A model generated the notes under the pieces. It saw nothing but the letters and a program-made list of their open reading frames with translations, was not told the DNA's origin and did no database searches. A stretch of DNA of 63,735 bases, the filler included, from Craspedostauros australis (taxonomy: Eukaryota): the NCBI GenBank assembly GCA_030167865.1. It is 8 parts of 8 records of this genome, joined end to end, with 100 filler letters (N's around TTAATTAATTAA, not from the genome) between each part and the next. Parts side by side here need not be neighbours in the genome. Positions count along the whole stretch, not along the records: positions 57,934 to 63,735 come from JALAGF010003782.1; 7 more parts are not named here. The stretch is one strand, 5' to 3'. Numbering within the stretch: the stretch's first letter is position 1; every line of letters starts with the position of its first letter. A program made the position numbers and the translations under genes. This document shows, piece after piece, positions 62,740-63,735 of this stretch.

Positions 62740-63735
62740 AGGAGAAGAAAACCAGCAAGGAGAAAGCACAGGCATTGACACAGCAACCATTGCAAACAGC
62801 CAAGGAGGAAGAAGAGCGGGCAGCGGCACCACACACATGACAAGCAGCCAAGGAGGAAGAACCACCAGCAGCAGCACAGCAACCATCGCGAACATCCAAG
62901 GAGGAGGAAGCGAGAGCGCAGGAGCATGGCAATCATTGCAAGCAAGCAAAGAGGAGGAAGCCAGCGAGGAGGAAGCATGGGTGGCAGCACAGCAACTATC
63001 GCAAGCAGCCAGGGAGGAGGAGGAAGCATGGGCAGCAGCACAGCAACCATTGCAAGCAGCCATGGAGGAGCAAGCCGGCGAGGAGGAATGGCGAGCAGTG
63101 GCACCACAACCATCGCGAGCAGCCGAGGTGGAGGCAGCATACGCAGCAGCGCAGCGACCATCTCGACCAGCCAAAGAGGAGGAAGCCAGCGAGGAGGAAG
63201 AAGGCGAGGAGGAACGACGATCAGCGGCACAGCAACCATCGCAAGTATCCGAAGAGGAGGAAGCACGGCCAGCAGCACAGCAACCACCACGAGCAGCCGA
63301 GGAGGAAGAAGCCGGCGAGGAAGAACGGCAGACAGCAGCACAGCAACCATCACAAGCAGCCAAAGAGGAGGAAACCAACGAGCGGGAACGGCGAGCAGCG
63401 ATTCAGCAACTGTCGCGAGTAGCCAAGGAGGAGTTGCAAGCAGAAGCACAGCAACCATCGCAAGCAGACGAGGAGGAGAAGGCTCAGTCAGCACAACAAC
63501 GATCGCAAGCAGCCGAAGAGGAGGAATCCAACAAGGAGGAATGGCGAGCAGCGGCACAGCAACCATCGCAGGCAGCCGAGGAGCAACCACAAGCACCAGC
63601 ATCACAACCATCACAAACATCCGAGGAGGAAGCCAGCAAGGAGGAACCACGAGCAGCAGTACAGCAACCGTCGCAAGCAGCCGAAGAGGAGGAAGCCAAC
63701 GAAGAGGAACGGCAAGCAGCGACACAGCAACCATC
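62740..63735 (+). pseudogene. Degenerate coding-type minisatellite (AAQQPSQAAEEEEA.EEE.RA units, ~40-60 bp)
   Basis: GCACAGCAACCATCGCAAGCAGCCGAGGAGG core repeated ~18 times; in-frame TGA at 62838-62840 and a frameshift near 62915. Confidence 0.6.

Noticed and set aside
62712..63734. 340-aa hydrophobic minus-strand ORF
   Set aside because: Antisense reading of the E/A/Q minisatellite

Overview
Eukaryotic DNA with diatom-like gene families and GT-AG introns. It is not one continuous locus: eight contigs are joined by artificial 100-bp spacers (N44-TTAATTAATTAA-N44), and three neighbouring contig pairs overlap (1-2899 = reverse complement of 12599-15497; 45950-48617 = 51419-54086; 54980-56023 = reverse complement of 57934-58977). 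Host genes: two N-terminal DUF6824-type proteins with low-complexity tails, a Sec14/CRAL-TRIO-like + DUF6824 fusion, a PH-like protein, an 8-exon ABCA transporter, a TPR-like protein, an LRR gene with 72-bp exons, an SNM1/PSO2 crosslink-repair nuclease, an RNI-like LRR protein and a duplicated acidic protein with a C-terminal hydrophobic segment. Mobile and repeat content: a spliced PIF/Harbinger-type DDE transposase with a divergent 3-exon gene that appears to contain an HSP20/alpha-crystallin-like domain; a LINE ORF1-like protein with a PHD finger; a foldback-like insertion of two opposed 196-bp tandem arrays that breaks one copy of SNM1; and a CpG-decayed coding minisatellite. All family calls come from motif recognition by eye, not database searches.
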